A DNA stretch of 32,000 bases from Nitrosospira multiformis ATCC 25196 (GTDB lineage Bacteria > Pseudomonadota > Gammaproteobacteria > Burkholderiales > Nitrosomonadaceae). The stretch lies in contig NC_007614.1 of NCBI RefSeq assembly GCF_000196355.1, positions 2,730,001 to 2,762,000 of the forward strand, in the 5' to 3' direction. Under the pieces are notes generated by a model that saw nothing but the letters and a program-made list of their open reading frames with translations, was not told where the DNA came from and made no database searches. The position numbers and the translations under genes were made by a program. This document shows positions 16,403 to 25,155 of this stretch, piece by piece; the first letter of the stretch is position 1, and each line of letters opens with the position of its first letter.

Positions 16403-17938
16403 TCAATGAGTGGAAGCGAGTTCGTTTCCGTCTTTCTGGGAGTCGAGTGGGCGGCTTTGTGAGTTTGCAAGATGCGAACTTGAGGCTTCCGAGCGTGCCT
16501 CCGTTTTAGGAATGGATACCGATGTTATCGTGGGGAAAATAACGGAAAAAGTTGTCCCGACATTCTGTTCGCTGGAAATCCTGATCTGTAGTTTGTTGTT
16601 TTCGGCCACTGTCTTGACGATCGATAAGCCTATCCCGCTTGAAGTCCTGTTATGCAGTGCCGCTCGCGGAGTGTAAAAGTATTCATCGAAAATATGCGGC
16701 AGATCTTTTTCGCCGATCCCTATCCCATGATCGATAACGGTTACGGTACCGTAGGAACCTGCGCCTTCAACGGCAGCTACAATTTCTACCGTTGAGTTGT
16801 CATACGAATAAGCGATGGCGTTTGAAATGACATTTTCAAGCAGTATTTCAAGCTGATTGGGAATACCTTCAACGGCGAAGTCCTGGAGCGATACTTTTAC
16901 GTCGATATGGCGGGAACTGGCGATCGGTTTTAACTTATCGATGCATTTGCGGATTACTATTCCAATGCTGATCTGCTCTCTTGCGTTGTTGTCACGTGCG
17001 GCGGCTTTCAACCGTTCCAGCTTGAGGACATCCAGAATGAGGCTCGCCATGCCGGAAGCGCGATAATCGATCTTCGATATCACTTCTCTTATTTCGGGCG
17101 ATACCTCCCCGCAATATTCTCCTTTTATGAGGCTTATCTTGCTGCGGATAGCATCGAGCGGGGCTTTGAGTTGATGAGTCATCAGCACGGCGTACCGATC
17201 TTTCTCCACTTGCGCCCGCCTGATTTCCTCGTAGGCATCGACAAGGTTGTGCTCATGAATGCGCACTACAATCGCCAGCCTTGAGACGACATACCAGACA
17301 GTGATAAAGAGCACATCGAGCGTAAACATCCACAGGAAAATATTGATCTTGAGCGGACTCAGAACAGATATGCCAGGATCGATTGCCAGCGCTTGCGGTG
17401 CCATAAAAAGAAGCGGATGCTCATCCAGCAGAACAGTGGCGTACATGACGCATACCACGACAGTCACCACCAGGCTTTCCAGGGTCGAGAAAAAGATGCA
17501 CGCCAGCGCAATATGCAGCACATAAAAGAAGGGAGCGGGCGTCGCGATGCTGCCGATAAAATGCACTACTACCGACAGACACAGAAGATCGACAATGATC
17601 TGGGCCCAGATATTTATAGCGGGCGAGTTATATTTTGTTTGCCGCTGAAAATCCAGAGCTTGAATGTAAATGACGTTTGCAATGAATAATACCAACGTTA
17701 CCGCAAGCGGCCATCCTTGCTGGTGAGTAATGCCGATTTTCGTAAGCTCATCCGAGGCAATGAGCGCGAATACCTGAAAAAGCAGAAGAACCCCGATAAC
17801 ACCCCATCGAAAGATAATAAACCATCGGGCATTATTGATTAATACTTCATCGCTGAGCTTCGCGCCGTTTGTCCCCACTCCGGGAAGCGCGAAGCGATTT
17901 CTGTCGGACAGATTCCAGGAAAACTCGACAACCGCCAT
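16403..17938 (-). CDS. Sensor histidine kinase with polytopic (about six TM) N-terminal sensor and no periplasmic, HAMP or PAS domain evident
   Basis: It has H-box MTHQLKAPLDAIRS, N-box ENVISNAIAYS, G1/F DHGIGIGEKDLPHIFDEYF and G2 SSGIGLSIVK. GGAGA lies upstream of the ATG. Confidence 0.85.
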   Translation of the reverse strand: MAVVEFSWNLSDRNRFALPGVGTNGAKLSDEVLINNARWFIIFRWGVIGVLLLFQVFALIASDELTKIGITHQQGWPLAVTLVLFIANVIYIQALDFQRQTKYNSPAINIWAQIIVDLLCLSVVVHFIGSIATPAPFFYVLHIALACIFFSTLESLVVTVVVCVMYATVLLDEHPLLFMAPQALAIDPGISVLSPLKINIFLWMFTLDVLFITVWYVVSRLAIVVRIHEHNLVDAYEEIRRAQVEKDRYAVLMTHQLKAPLDAIRSKISLIKGEYCGEVSPEIREVISKIDYRASGMASLILDVLKLERLKAAARDNNAREQISIGIVIRKCIDKLKPIASSRHIDVKVSLQDFAVEGIPNQLEILLENVISNAIAYSYDNSTVEIVAAVEGAGSYGTVTVIDHGIGIGEKDLPHIFDEYFYTPRAALHNRTSSGIGLSIVKTVAENNKLQIRISSEQNVGTTFSVIFPTITSVSIPKTEARSEASSSHLANSQSRPLDSQKDGNELASTH

Positions 17939-17963
17939 GGTTAAAGTCTCCGGAAATTCTGCT

Positions 17964-18425
17964 TCAGGGTTCCTTATTCTCCAGCCGGTTATGAATGATC
18001 GATAAGAAACTGACGGGCTCGACCGGTTTTTCCATGATCAGAATCCATTCATCAGAGAGACCAGTGAAATAAGGTCGAATTTCCTCACCGAGCGAAGTCA
18101 TGAATATCAGGTGAAGCCCGGGGAAACGTTTGCGTATTTCCACATAGGCTTCCAGACCTATATCCATTGTTTCAACCATCACGTCGAGAATTGCCAGAGC
18201 GGGCGGATTGGGTGAATTCCATAACGACACCATGAAATCATTCATGGTCTGATAACTTTCGACTGCATACCCGCTTGCTTCCAGAATACGCCTGACGGTA
18301 TCCCGAATATCCGGATCATCATCGATATGTGCAATCCGTTGCGCCACTGTGCTTTCTTGATTTGCCGATCCCGGCATTTGGCCCGGGAGCTTTTCGGCGT
18401 CCTGTTGTTGGATAGACGCATGCAT
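17964..18425 (-). CDS. Single-domain (receiver-only) response regulator
   Basis: Receiver residues are HIDDDPD, ILDVMV (phospho-acceptor Asp), IFMTS and MEKP. No output domain is present. ATG 18425 has GGAGGA 6 nt upstream; the track start at 18443 is a GTG without an SD. Confidence 0.8.
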   Translation of the reverse strand: MHASIQQQDAEKLPGQMPGSANQESTVAQRIAHIDDDPDIRDTVRRILEASGYAVESYQTMNDFMVSLWNSPNPPALAILDVMVETMDIGLEAYVEIRKRFPGLHLIFMTSLGEEIRPYFTGLSDEWILIMEKPVEPVSFLSIIHNRLENKEP

Positions 18426-18632
18426 GGCACTTCCTCCAATCACGATTAAAATACTTGCAGATGCCCCACACTACTCAGTATAGAGTAAGACTGTGTGAAG
18501 AATGTTTCAGGGATGTGTTGAAATTTTGTGAGGGCGTGGTACCTGGTCGTCGAAGCATCCGGAGGATAAAGCCAGAAGACGTGGCCTGCAATTGCACTTG
18601 CTGTACTGGATGGATCATGAAAAGCAATCCAC

Positions 18633-19316
18633 TCAGGCCAGCACGCGCTGCAGCCAGTTGCGGATATCGTGTATCTCTTCCCTGCAGACGGTATGTGCCA
18701 TTCCGTACTCGCGCCATTCCACCGGATAGCCCGTTCCGAGCAATTGTTGGCGCGATGCAGCAGCCAGGGTTATAGGGATGACGTTGTCGCCCACCCCGTG
18801 CGCCATGAAGATTGGTATGCCGAAATTGGCAGAGTGTGCCTCTTCCGCAAGGGTCTGCGGCGCTGGCAGATAACATGAAAGCGCCATGATTCCCGCCAGT
18901 TTTTCCGGATAACGCAAACCGGCGAACAGCGCCAGGGCACCCCCCTGAGAGAAGCCTGCCAGAACGATATTCTCCGGCTTGACCCCTCGCTGCGTTTCAT
19001 GGTTCACCAAGGCTTCGACGGCCCGCTCCGATTCTCGCAGAGTTGCCATATTTTCCTGAAGTTTCGCGCCATCGACAATATCGTAGTCATACCAGGCGCG
19101 CATGACCATTCCCCGGTTGATGCTGACGGGTCTCGTGGGGGCATGGGGAAACACGAAGCGGACGGCCGGGATGGAAGGAAGCGCAAGCTCATCCACAACA
19201 GGTACGAAATCACTGCCATCGGCCCCCAGGCCATGCATCCAGATGATCGTACGGGTGGGATGAGCGGCCGTTTCCAGCTCGATGGAAGGAAGCAGATCGG
19301 GGGAACCGGAGATCAT
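18633..19316 (-). CDS. Carboxylesterase/phospholipase-family alpha/beta hydrolase
   Basis: It has WMHGLGADGSDF, the nucleophile elbow GFSQGG, and later MAHGVGDNVIP and YGMAHTV, which fit a Ser-Asp-His triad. Confidence 0.8.
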   Translation of the reverse strand: MISGSPDLLPSIELETAAHPTRTIIWMHGLGADGSDFVPVVDELALPSIPAVRFVFPHAPTRPVSINRGMVMRAWYDYDIVDGAKLQENMATLRESERAVEALVNHETQRGVKPENIVLAGFSQGGALALFAGLRYPEKLAGIMALSCYLPAPQTLAEEAHSANFGIPIFMAHGVGDNVIPITLAAASRQQLLGTGYPVEWREYGMAHTVCREEIHDIRNWLQRVLA

Positions 19317-19414
19317 AAGAGAAAATGAAGATCGACCCGTTGACTTGAATGAAACACGGGATTAGATTCGTACTTTTCGATTCTGATGTGTAAGGTCATG
19401 GGAGGGAGAGTACT

Positions 19415-20524
19415 ATGAAACGCAGGGATTTTATCAAACTGGCGGGGGTAAGCGCCGCATTATTTCCCGTGGCGCCCTCAGTATTCGGCCAGCAGTCTGG
19501 TCAACCGGTTATTCCGCCGCGACGCTACACTTATCGTGTAACTTATAACATCGATCTTCCGGGGGATGGAAAAAAAGCACGTTTGTGGCTACCGCTGCCG
19601 GATACGGAGGATTCTCCCCACCAGTTTTCCCAGGGAAGTGTCTGGAGCGGGACCGCAAGCACGGCCAGATTCGAGAACGTTCCTGGAACAACCTCACCCA
19701 TGTTTTACGCTGAATGGAACCGTAGCGGCCCCCGCAGCGTAACGGTGAGCAGCGTGATCAAAACATCGGACCGCGCTGTCAACCTGGAGCGCTACAGGGA
19801 GGGTAATTCGAGCACCCTTCCCGCGGATGTGAAACGTTATCTGCAGCCCACCAAATTTATCCCGTTGGATGGCATCGTCCGCAAAACTGCGCTATCCATT
19901 ACCAAGGAGGCCAAAGCCCAATCGCAGCTGCAGAAAGCGCGCGCGATATATGATTGGGTAGTCGAAAATTCCTATCGCGACCCGTCCACGCGCGGCTGTG
20001 GACGGGGTAATATCAAAGCCATGCTGGAAACCGGTCATCTTGGCGGTAAATGCGCCGATCTGAACGCATTGTTTGTAGGACTGGCGCGCGCGGCGGGCAT
20101 TCCGGCCAGGGACAACTATGGAATCCGCATTGACGAGTCTGCGGCGCATAAAACGCTTGGCCAAGCCGACGATATCACCACTGCCCAGCACTGCCGCCCT
20201 GAATTTTACCTGACCGGCCTTGGCTGGGTCCCTGTTGATCCCGCGGATGTGCGGCAACTGGCACTGGATGAAGAACTTCCCATTGAGCACCCACGAGTGA
20301 TCGAGCTACGTGAAAAACTTTTTGGTTCATGGGAAATGAACTGGGTGGCATTCAACCACGGCAGGGATATCAGGCTGGCGCGAGACAGCGTCCTGGGTGA
20401 ACTGCCATTTTTCATGTACCCTCAGGCCGAAGTAGCGGGACACGAGCGGGACAGCCTTGAACCGGCGGAGTTTGCTTACAAGATAACCTCAGCCCGGCTG
20501 GTGGGTACGGGGATCAAGTTTTAG
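19415..20524 (+). CDS. Tat-signal transglutaminase-like (cysteine protease fold) protein
   Basis: The twin-arginine leader is MKRRDFIKLAGVSAALFPVAPSVFGQ. The TGase core has Cys in GGKCADLNALFVGLARAAGIPAR, His in TAQHCRPEFY and Asp in GWVPVDPAD. A strong GGAGGGAGAG SD precedes the start. Confidence 0.8.
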   Translation: MKRRDFIKLAGVSAALFPVAPSVFGQQSGQPVIPPRRYTYRVTYNIDLPGDGKKARLWLPLPDTEDSPHQFSQGSVWSGTASTARFENVPGTTSPMFYAEWNRSGPRSVTVSSVIKTSDRAVNLERYREGNSSTLPADVKRYLQPTKFIPLDGIVRKTALSITKEAKAQSQLQKARAIYDWVVENSYRDPSTRGCGRGNIKAMLETGHLGGKCADLNALFVGLARAAGIPARDNYGIRIDESAAHKTLGQADDITTAQHCRPEFYLTGLGWVPVDPADVRQLALDEELPIEHPRVIELREKLFGSWEMNWVAFNHGRDIRLARDSVLGELPFFMYPQAEVAGHERDSLEPAEFAYKITSARLVGTGIKF

Positions 20525-20574
20525 GCTCTGGTTCCAAAATATCTGTCGCACCTCCTCGAAAGGTGTACCTGCGG

Positions 20575-21135
20575 TCAGTCGATTCCCTCGCCAGGTCTTT
20601 CGCCTGTAGCAGCAGGAATGATCTTCTGCAATTCCTGAAATAATGCGCGAAAGCTTTTTGGGGGCTTATTCGCGAGCTTCTCCTTAACAGCATTGCGCGC
20701 GAGTGCGCGCAACCGCTGCAGATCTGCATCGGGGTATTTCTGCCCCAGTTCGCTGAGGGCTTGCATCTGCTGATCCGCCATCAAGCGCTCGCGCCAGCGT
20801 TCCAACTGATGCAGGCGCGCTGTACTTTCAGCGCTTGAATTTCCCCATAGATCGAGTTTCTTTCGAATAGGTTCTGCATCGACATCACGCATCAGTTTGC
20901 CGATAAGCTGCATTTGCCGGCGCAAAGCGCCATGCTTGCTCATGCGCTTTGCTTCCAGTACCGCCTCCATCAAGGTGTCCGGGAGGCCGAGTTCGATCAG
21001 ACGCCTTGAATCCAGTCGAACGAGCGACTCTCCTATATTCTGGAGCGCGTGCATTTCTTTCTTGCGTTTGGTCTTGCTCGGCCGCGCTTCCCGTTCGGAA
21101 TTATCTGCCAGATTCTCTTCCAAGACGCTTCCCAA
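20575..21135 (-). CDS. yjgA: YjgA/DarP (DUF615) ribosome-associated protein
   Basis: KRKKEMHALQNIGESLV...ALRRQMQLIGKLMRDVDAEPIRKKL...PDADLQRLRALARNAVKEKLANKPPKSFRALFQEL follows the E. coli YjgA pattern. It is divergent from pmbA, as in E. coli. The start is a TTG without a clear SD, so the 5' end is uncertain. Confidence 0.75.
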   Translation of the reverse strand: MGSVLEENLADNSEREARPSKTKRKKEMHALQNIGESLVRLDSRRLIELGLPDTLMEAVLEAKRMSKHGALRRQMQLIGKLMRDVDAEPIRKKLDLWGNSSAESTARLHQLERWRERLMADQQMQALSELGQKYPDADLQRLRALARNAVKEKLANKPPKSFRALFQELQKIIPAATGERPGEGID

Positions 21136-21220
21136 ATTAATAAACTTAATAAACTGCTATCATACGTCACTGACACACCCTCTGACTCCTCGCGGGCTGC
21201 TCCCCGGTCCTGTGGGCAAG

Positions 21221-21250
21221 TTGCAGTGCCGGACAGCTACTCAATATAAT
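21221..21250 (+). promoter_or_regulatory. Candidate sigma70 promoter for pmbA: TTGCAG, 18-nt spacer, TATAAT
   Basis: The hexamers were read at 21221-21226 and 21245-21250, about 34 nt upstream of ATG 21284. Confidence 0.4.
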
Positions 21251-21283
21251 CCTACAATCCCTGAATTCCCTGAAGTCACGCCT

Positions 21284-22642
21284 ATGAATGATAACGCCCT
21301 GCCTTCACAACGTTTTTCCTATTCGTTTTCAGTGCTTCAGCAAATCGCGCAGGATGTCCTGAATCACGCGCGCAAAGGGGGCGCAAGCGCCTGCGAAACC
21401 GATGTTTCAGATGGTTTTGGCCAGAATGTCACGGTGCGGCGGGGGCAGGTGGAAACGATAGAGTACAACCGCGACAAGGGATTGTCAGTAACAGTTTATG
21501 TGGGGCAAAAGCGCGGGCATGCCAGCACTTCGGATTTTTCGCCACAGGCGATAAGCGATACGGTTACGGCGGCGCTTTCGATTGCCCGCCATACCGCCGC
21601 CGATGACTGCGCAGGTCTGGCGGATCCCGACTTGCTGGCACGCGAATTTCCCGATCTCGAATTATATTTTCCCTGGGACTTGCCGGTGGAGCAGGCAATA
21701 GAATTGGCGCAAGCCTGCGAAGCAGCCGCATTTGCAGTCGATAAGCGCATTACCAATTCCGAAGGAGCCAGTGTCTCGCTGGGCGAATCGCAGTTTGTCT
21801 ATGCAAACAGTCTGGGATTCATGGGAGGCTATCCTTCCTCCCGCCACAGTATCAGCTGTGCGATGATTGCTAGCCACGAGGACAGCATGCAGCGTGACTA
21901 CTGGTACAGCGTGGCGCGCGATGCTTCCGACCTGGAGCATGCCGCTGCGGTGGGGAAGAAAGCCGGAACACGGAGTGTCGGGCGTCTGGGTGCGAGAAAA
22001 ATCGCTACCTGCGAAGTTCCCGTTCTGTTCGAGGCGCCCATTGCCTCCAGCCTGATCGGGCATTTCGTCGGGGCAGTGAGCGGAGGCAGTCTTTACCGCA
22101 AATCCTCATTTCTCCTCGACAGTATCGGCAAGCAGATATTTGCGCCGGGCATCCAGATACGCGAACGGCCGCATCTGAAAAAAGGCCTGGGCAGCGGGCC
22201 TTTCGATAATGAAGGGGTAGCGACCCGGGACCGTAACATCGTGGAAAATGGGGTGGTACAAGGCTACTTTCTCGGCAGTTACTCCGCCCGCAAACTAGGG
22301 CTTGTCACAACCGGAAATGCCGGTGGCAATCATAACCTGGTCCTGGACAATGGCGCCGGCCTGACTTTTGCCGAACTGCTCAGGAAAATGGGTAAAGGCG
22401 TGCTCGTGACCGAGTTGCTCGGCCACGGCGTAAACAATGTCACCGGTGATTACTCCAGGGGGGCGGCGGGATACTGGGTCGAAGACGGAGAAATCCGTTA
22501 TCCGGTTGAAGAAATAACGATTGCCGGAAATCTGAAAGACATGTTGCCTGGCATTTCCGCTGCGGGGAATGATGTCATCGTGCGTGGTTCCAAGCAATGC
22601 GGTTCATTGCTCATTGATCGAATGATGATTGCGGGCGGCTAG
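21284..22642 (+). CDS. pmbA: PmbA/TldE metalloprotease-family protein (452 aa)
   Basis: It shows full-length PmbA-like sequence from MNDNALPSQRFSYS... to ...GSLLIDRMMIAGG. The upstream part of the 581-aa track ORF is antisense to yjgA and is discarded. Confidence 0.9.
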   Translation: MNDNALPSQRFSYSFSVLQQIAQDVLNHARKGGASACETDVSDGFGQNVTVRRGQVETIEYNRDKGLSVTVYVGQKRGHASTSDFSPQAISDTVTAALSIARHTAADDCAGLADPDLLAREFPDLELYFPWDLPVEQAIELAQACEAAAFAVDKRITNSEGASVSLGESQFVYANSLGFMGGYPSSRHSISCAMIASHEDSMQRDYWYSVARDASDLEHAAAVGKKAGTRSVGRLGARKIATCEVPVLFEAPIASSLIGHFVGAVSGGSLYRKSSFLLDSIGKQIFAPGIQIRERPHLKKGLGSGPFDNEGVATRDRNIVENGVVQGYFLGSYSARKLGLVTTGNAGGNHNLVLDNGAGLTFAELLRKMGKGVLVTELLGHGVNNVTGDYSRGAAGYWVEDGEIRYPVEEITIAGNLKDMLPGISAAGNDVIVRGSKQCGSLLIDRMMIAGG

Positions 22643-22820
22643 GCGTTCCGGTCGAACGTGGAACTCCTTGATTTCGCCTTTCCTCCCTATCTCGGTCGGA
22701 TACCGCCGCGTCTTTTTCTCGCCTTTCCATTTGCCGTTTCTGGGCTGTTTCGGTTCTATTTCTGCCACGCTTTCCACACGTTTGATATTATCCGCCTAAG
22801 TTGCCCTGAATGCCTGAATA

Positions 22821-23867
22821 ATGAATCTGCACTTGCTGGTACCGGCGCTCTTCTGGCCAGACCCGGCGCTTCCTGAAATCTACCGTGATCTACCCCTGCC
22901 CGGCCTGGAGAATCTGCTGGCAAAATGTTCCGTCACGAAAGATAAATCGGAGGGGATAGAGGCGTGGCTTTGCCGCGCTTTCGGCGCCGCGAAGCAGCAG
23001 GATTGGCCGGTTGCGCCCATTACCCTGCAAACCGATCGCGCAGAGGACGGAGAGGCGGCAACAACGGAAAACAATCGCTGGCTCCGTGCCGACCCGGTAC
23101 ATTTACGCCTTGAGCGCGACCATATCCTTTTGGCCGACAGCCATGTTTTTCGCATTTCATCGGAAGAAGCCAAGCAGTTCACCGACCTGCTGAACCGCCA
23201 TTTTGCCGGAAATCAGGGGATAAGCTTCTCCCCCCTAAGACCGGACCGCTGGTATCTCCGCCTGCTGGAACCGCCCTTGCCCCATACCCATTTACTTAGT
23301 GAAGTTGTAAACCGGGATATCCGGAACAAGCTGCCCTTCGGTGCGAACAACACCTTCTGGCGCAGTCTGACCAATGAAATTCAGATGTTGCTGCACGAAC
23401 ATCCTCTGAATCAGATGCGCGAGGCGCGTGGAGAGCTTGCGATCAACAGCGTCTGGTTCTGGGGAGGGGGGACGCTGCCTGAATCCCTTGTTTCGCCCTA
23501 TACGAATGTCTGGAGCAACGACGTTCTGGCAGTTTCGCTGGCCTCGGCATGTAATATCGATCACGCTCCGCTTCCCGTCGACGCAACGATGTGGGAGACC
23601 TCTGCCAGGACCGGCAGGCATCTGGTGGTGCTGGATGAATTACAGGGAAGAGCCCAATATCGGGACGCGTACGGCTGGCGCGAAAGCATCAAAGAAATGG
23701 AGCGACGCTGGTTTGACCCCCTATGGAGGATGTTCAGGCGCGGACACTTCGATGAAATAACGTTCACGGCGCCAGATGAAAGCAGCAGCAAAAGCTTCAC
23801 TGCGACACGAAGCGATTCGCGGAAATTCTGGCGCAGGCCCAAGCCTATCCTGATTTATGGAAAGTGA
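22821..23867 (+). CDS. Conserved hypothetical protein, function unknown (348 aa, soluble)
   Basis: This is a long, clean ORF with non-repetitive composition. Notable motifs are WLRADPVHL, NEIQMLLHEHPLN and INSVWFWGGG. I vaguely remember homologues annotated as RpfE-type regulatory protein or phosphoglycerate mutase-like, but I cannot verify that. Confidence 0.6.
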   Translation: MNLHLLVPALFWPDPALPEIYRDLPLPGLENLLAKCSVTKDKSEGIEAWLCRAFGAAKQQDWPVAPITLQTDRAEDGEAATTENNRWLRADPVHLRLERDHILLADSHVFRISSEEAKQFTDLLNRHFAGNQGISFSPLRPDRWYLRLLEPPLPHTHLLSEVVNRDIRNKLPFGANNTFWRSLTNEIQMLLHEHPLNQMREARGELAINSVWFWGGGTLPESLVSPYTNVWSNDVLAVSLASACNIDHAPLPVDATMWETSARTGRHLVVLDELQGRAQYRDAYGWRESIKEMERRWFDPLWRMFRRGHFDEITFTAPDESSSKSFTATRSDSRKFWRRPKPILIYGK

Positions 23868-24181
23868 CAGGGGAATGCTCCGAAATGCGCCTCTTTTTGC
23901 CGTCTTTTCCTCCTTTCGAAAAAGCCGATATTACACATAATGTCTCCACCTGCCTGTAAAATAAAATACCGATTTTCTGCCACAATACTCCTGAAAGTTC
24001 CTGAAAGAATTCTCGCCCTGCTGGCGGGGATTCAACGCGCAAGCGTTCAGCATAGATAGTTGTCATAGTTCGGAAACGAGACTCACCTTATACTATTACT
24101 ATTATTGTCGAGTCAGGATACGTTAAGATGATTTACGCTATGGGGAAGCATTTCCTCCGGCCCCGGTTCCATTTGCCATCA

Positions 24182-24265
24182 AGCGAGAAAGAGCGGGAAT
24201 AATGGCGGATGGAAGCGTTGACATTTCCGGTAGCGGGAATGCCAGGAGCGGGAATCAGCGGGAAC
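24182..24265 (+). promoter_or_regulatory. Five direct copies of AGCG(G/A)GAA upstream of the luxR-type gene (starts 24182, 24192, 24232, 24247, 24257)
   Basis: The copies were read directly. Two pairs are spaced exactly 10 bp apart. They lie 65-148 bp upstream of ATG 24330. Function is unknown. Confidence 0.3.
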
Positions 24266-24329
24266 GATTGGTAAAGGGTTCACATACAATATCTCGGTCC
24301 ATAATGCGGCGTATTATGAGAGGGAAATC

Positions 24330-25064
24330 ATGGATAACTTGACCTTATTCGAATCATTGCTGAATTGCGATTCGGTGGAGGAATTGCACAGCGCTACCAC
24401 AACCATTGCCCGCGCAATGGGATTCGAGCATTTTCTGTATGGTGTTCAGGTGAACACTTCTCTCACCCGTCCTTATCGCTTCATCCTCAGTTGTTATCCG
24501 GAGGAATGGCGTAAACATTACGACAAGGAAGGTTATGCCAATTTCGATCCTACGGTTTCGCATTGCGCCAGAACGTCCATTCCGATCATATGGAAGAAAG
24601 AGATTTTCAAGGGACGCAGGGAGACGCGCGTAAGAAACGAGGCCAAGGATTGTGGGCTGGTCAGCGGAGCGAGTTTTTCGGTTCATGGCGGACGCGGCGA
24701 AGCCGCCATGTTGAGTCTGGCTACTTCAAGGGAGTCGCGTGAGGCGCAGAATGACATTCTCGCGACAATGGCTAAAGCCCAGTTATTAACCTGCTATCTG
24801 CATGAGGCGGTGCAGCGCATTGTTCTCAGTAAAGGCCCGCTACCTGTGAAGAAGGCCAACCTGACGGAAAGGGAACAAGAATGTCTGCTATGGGCCGCCG
24901 AGGGCAAGACCGGGTGGGAAATCGCCAACATCGTCAAGATTTCGGAGCGGACAGTAACTTTTCACCTGCAGAATGCCATCCAGAAACTGGGGGTGGTCAA
25001 TCGCCAGCAAGCCATATCGCGTGCCCTTTCCATGGGCCTGATCGAGCCCCGTACGATTCGCTAG
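24330..25064 (+). CDS. LuxR-family transcriptional regulator with N-terminal autoinducer-binding domain (LuxR solo within this window)
   Basis: W60, Y64, D73, P74, W88 and G113 align with the conserved AHL-pocket residues (TraR W57, Y61, D70, P71, W85, G113). The C-terminal GerE/LuxR HTH is LTEREQECLLWAAEGKTGWEIANIVKISERTVTFHLQNAIQKLGV. Confidence 0.85.
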   Translation: MDNLTLFESLLNCDSVEELHSATTTIARAMGFEHFLYGVQVNTSLTRPYRFILSCYPEEWRKHYDKEGYANFDPTVSHCARTSIPIIWKKEIFKGRRETRVRNEAKDCGLVSGASFSVHGGRGEAAMLSLATSRESREAQNDILATMAKAQLLTCYLHEAVQRIVLSKGPLPVKKANLTEREQECLLWAAEGKTGWEIANIVKISERTVTFHLQNAIQKLGVVNRQQAISRALSMGLIEPRTIR

Positions 25065-25155
25065 CGCGCGTAGCTGCCTGACACTGCCTTACCAGTCAGC
25101 CTTCCCCTTCTCATTCGAAGATGAATGATCCGCGGAGAGCTGTAATAGGCGCTTC

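Noticed and set aside
18582-18596. A sigma54-like TGGCCTGCAATTGCA between the esterase and response-regulator genes.
   Set aside because: The GG-to-GC spacing is 9 nt rather than 10. It is on the plus strand, pointing away from the only nearby genes, which are on the minus strand.
21137-21154. A tandem 9-bp duplication TTAATAAAC x2 immediately upstream of the yjgA TTG start.
   Set aside because: It is most simply an AT-rich promoter or UP-like tract in the yjgA<>pmbA divergent region. No further copies or coding consequence are evident.
20897-21283. A 129-codon N-terminal extension of the pmbA ORF.
   Set aside because: It is antisense to yjgA and Arg/Ser-rich. PmbA-like sequence, and a promoter-like TTGCAG-18-TATAAT, begin only just before ATG 21284.
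23845-24066. A 73-aa minus-strand ORF, plus a 24-codon plus-strand mini-ORF at 24128-24202, in the luxR leader region.
   Set aside because: Neither has an SD or motifs, and the composition is odd. I treat the region as non-coding regulatory DNA.
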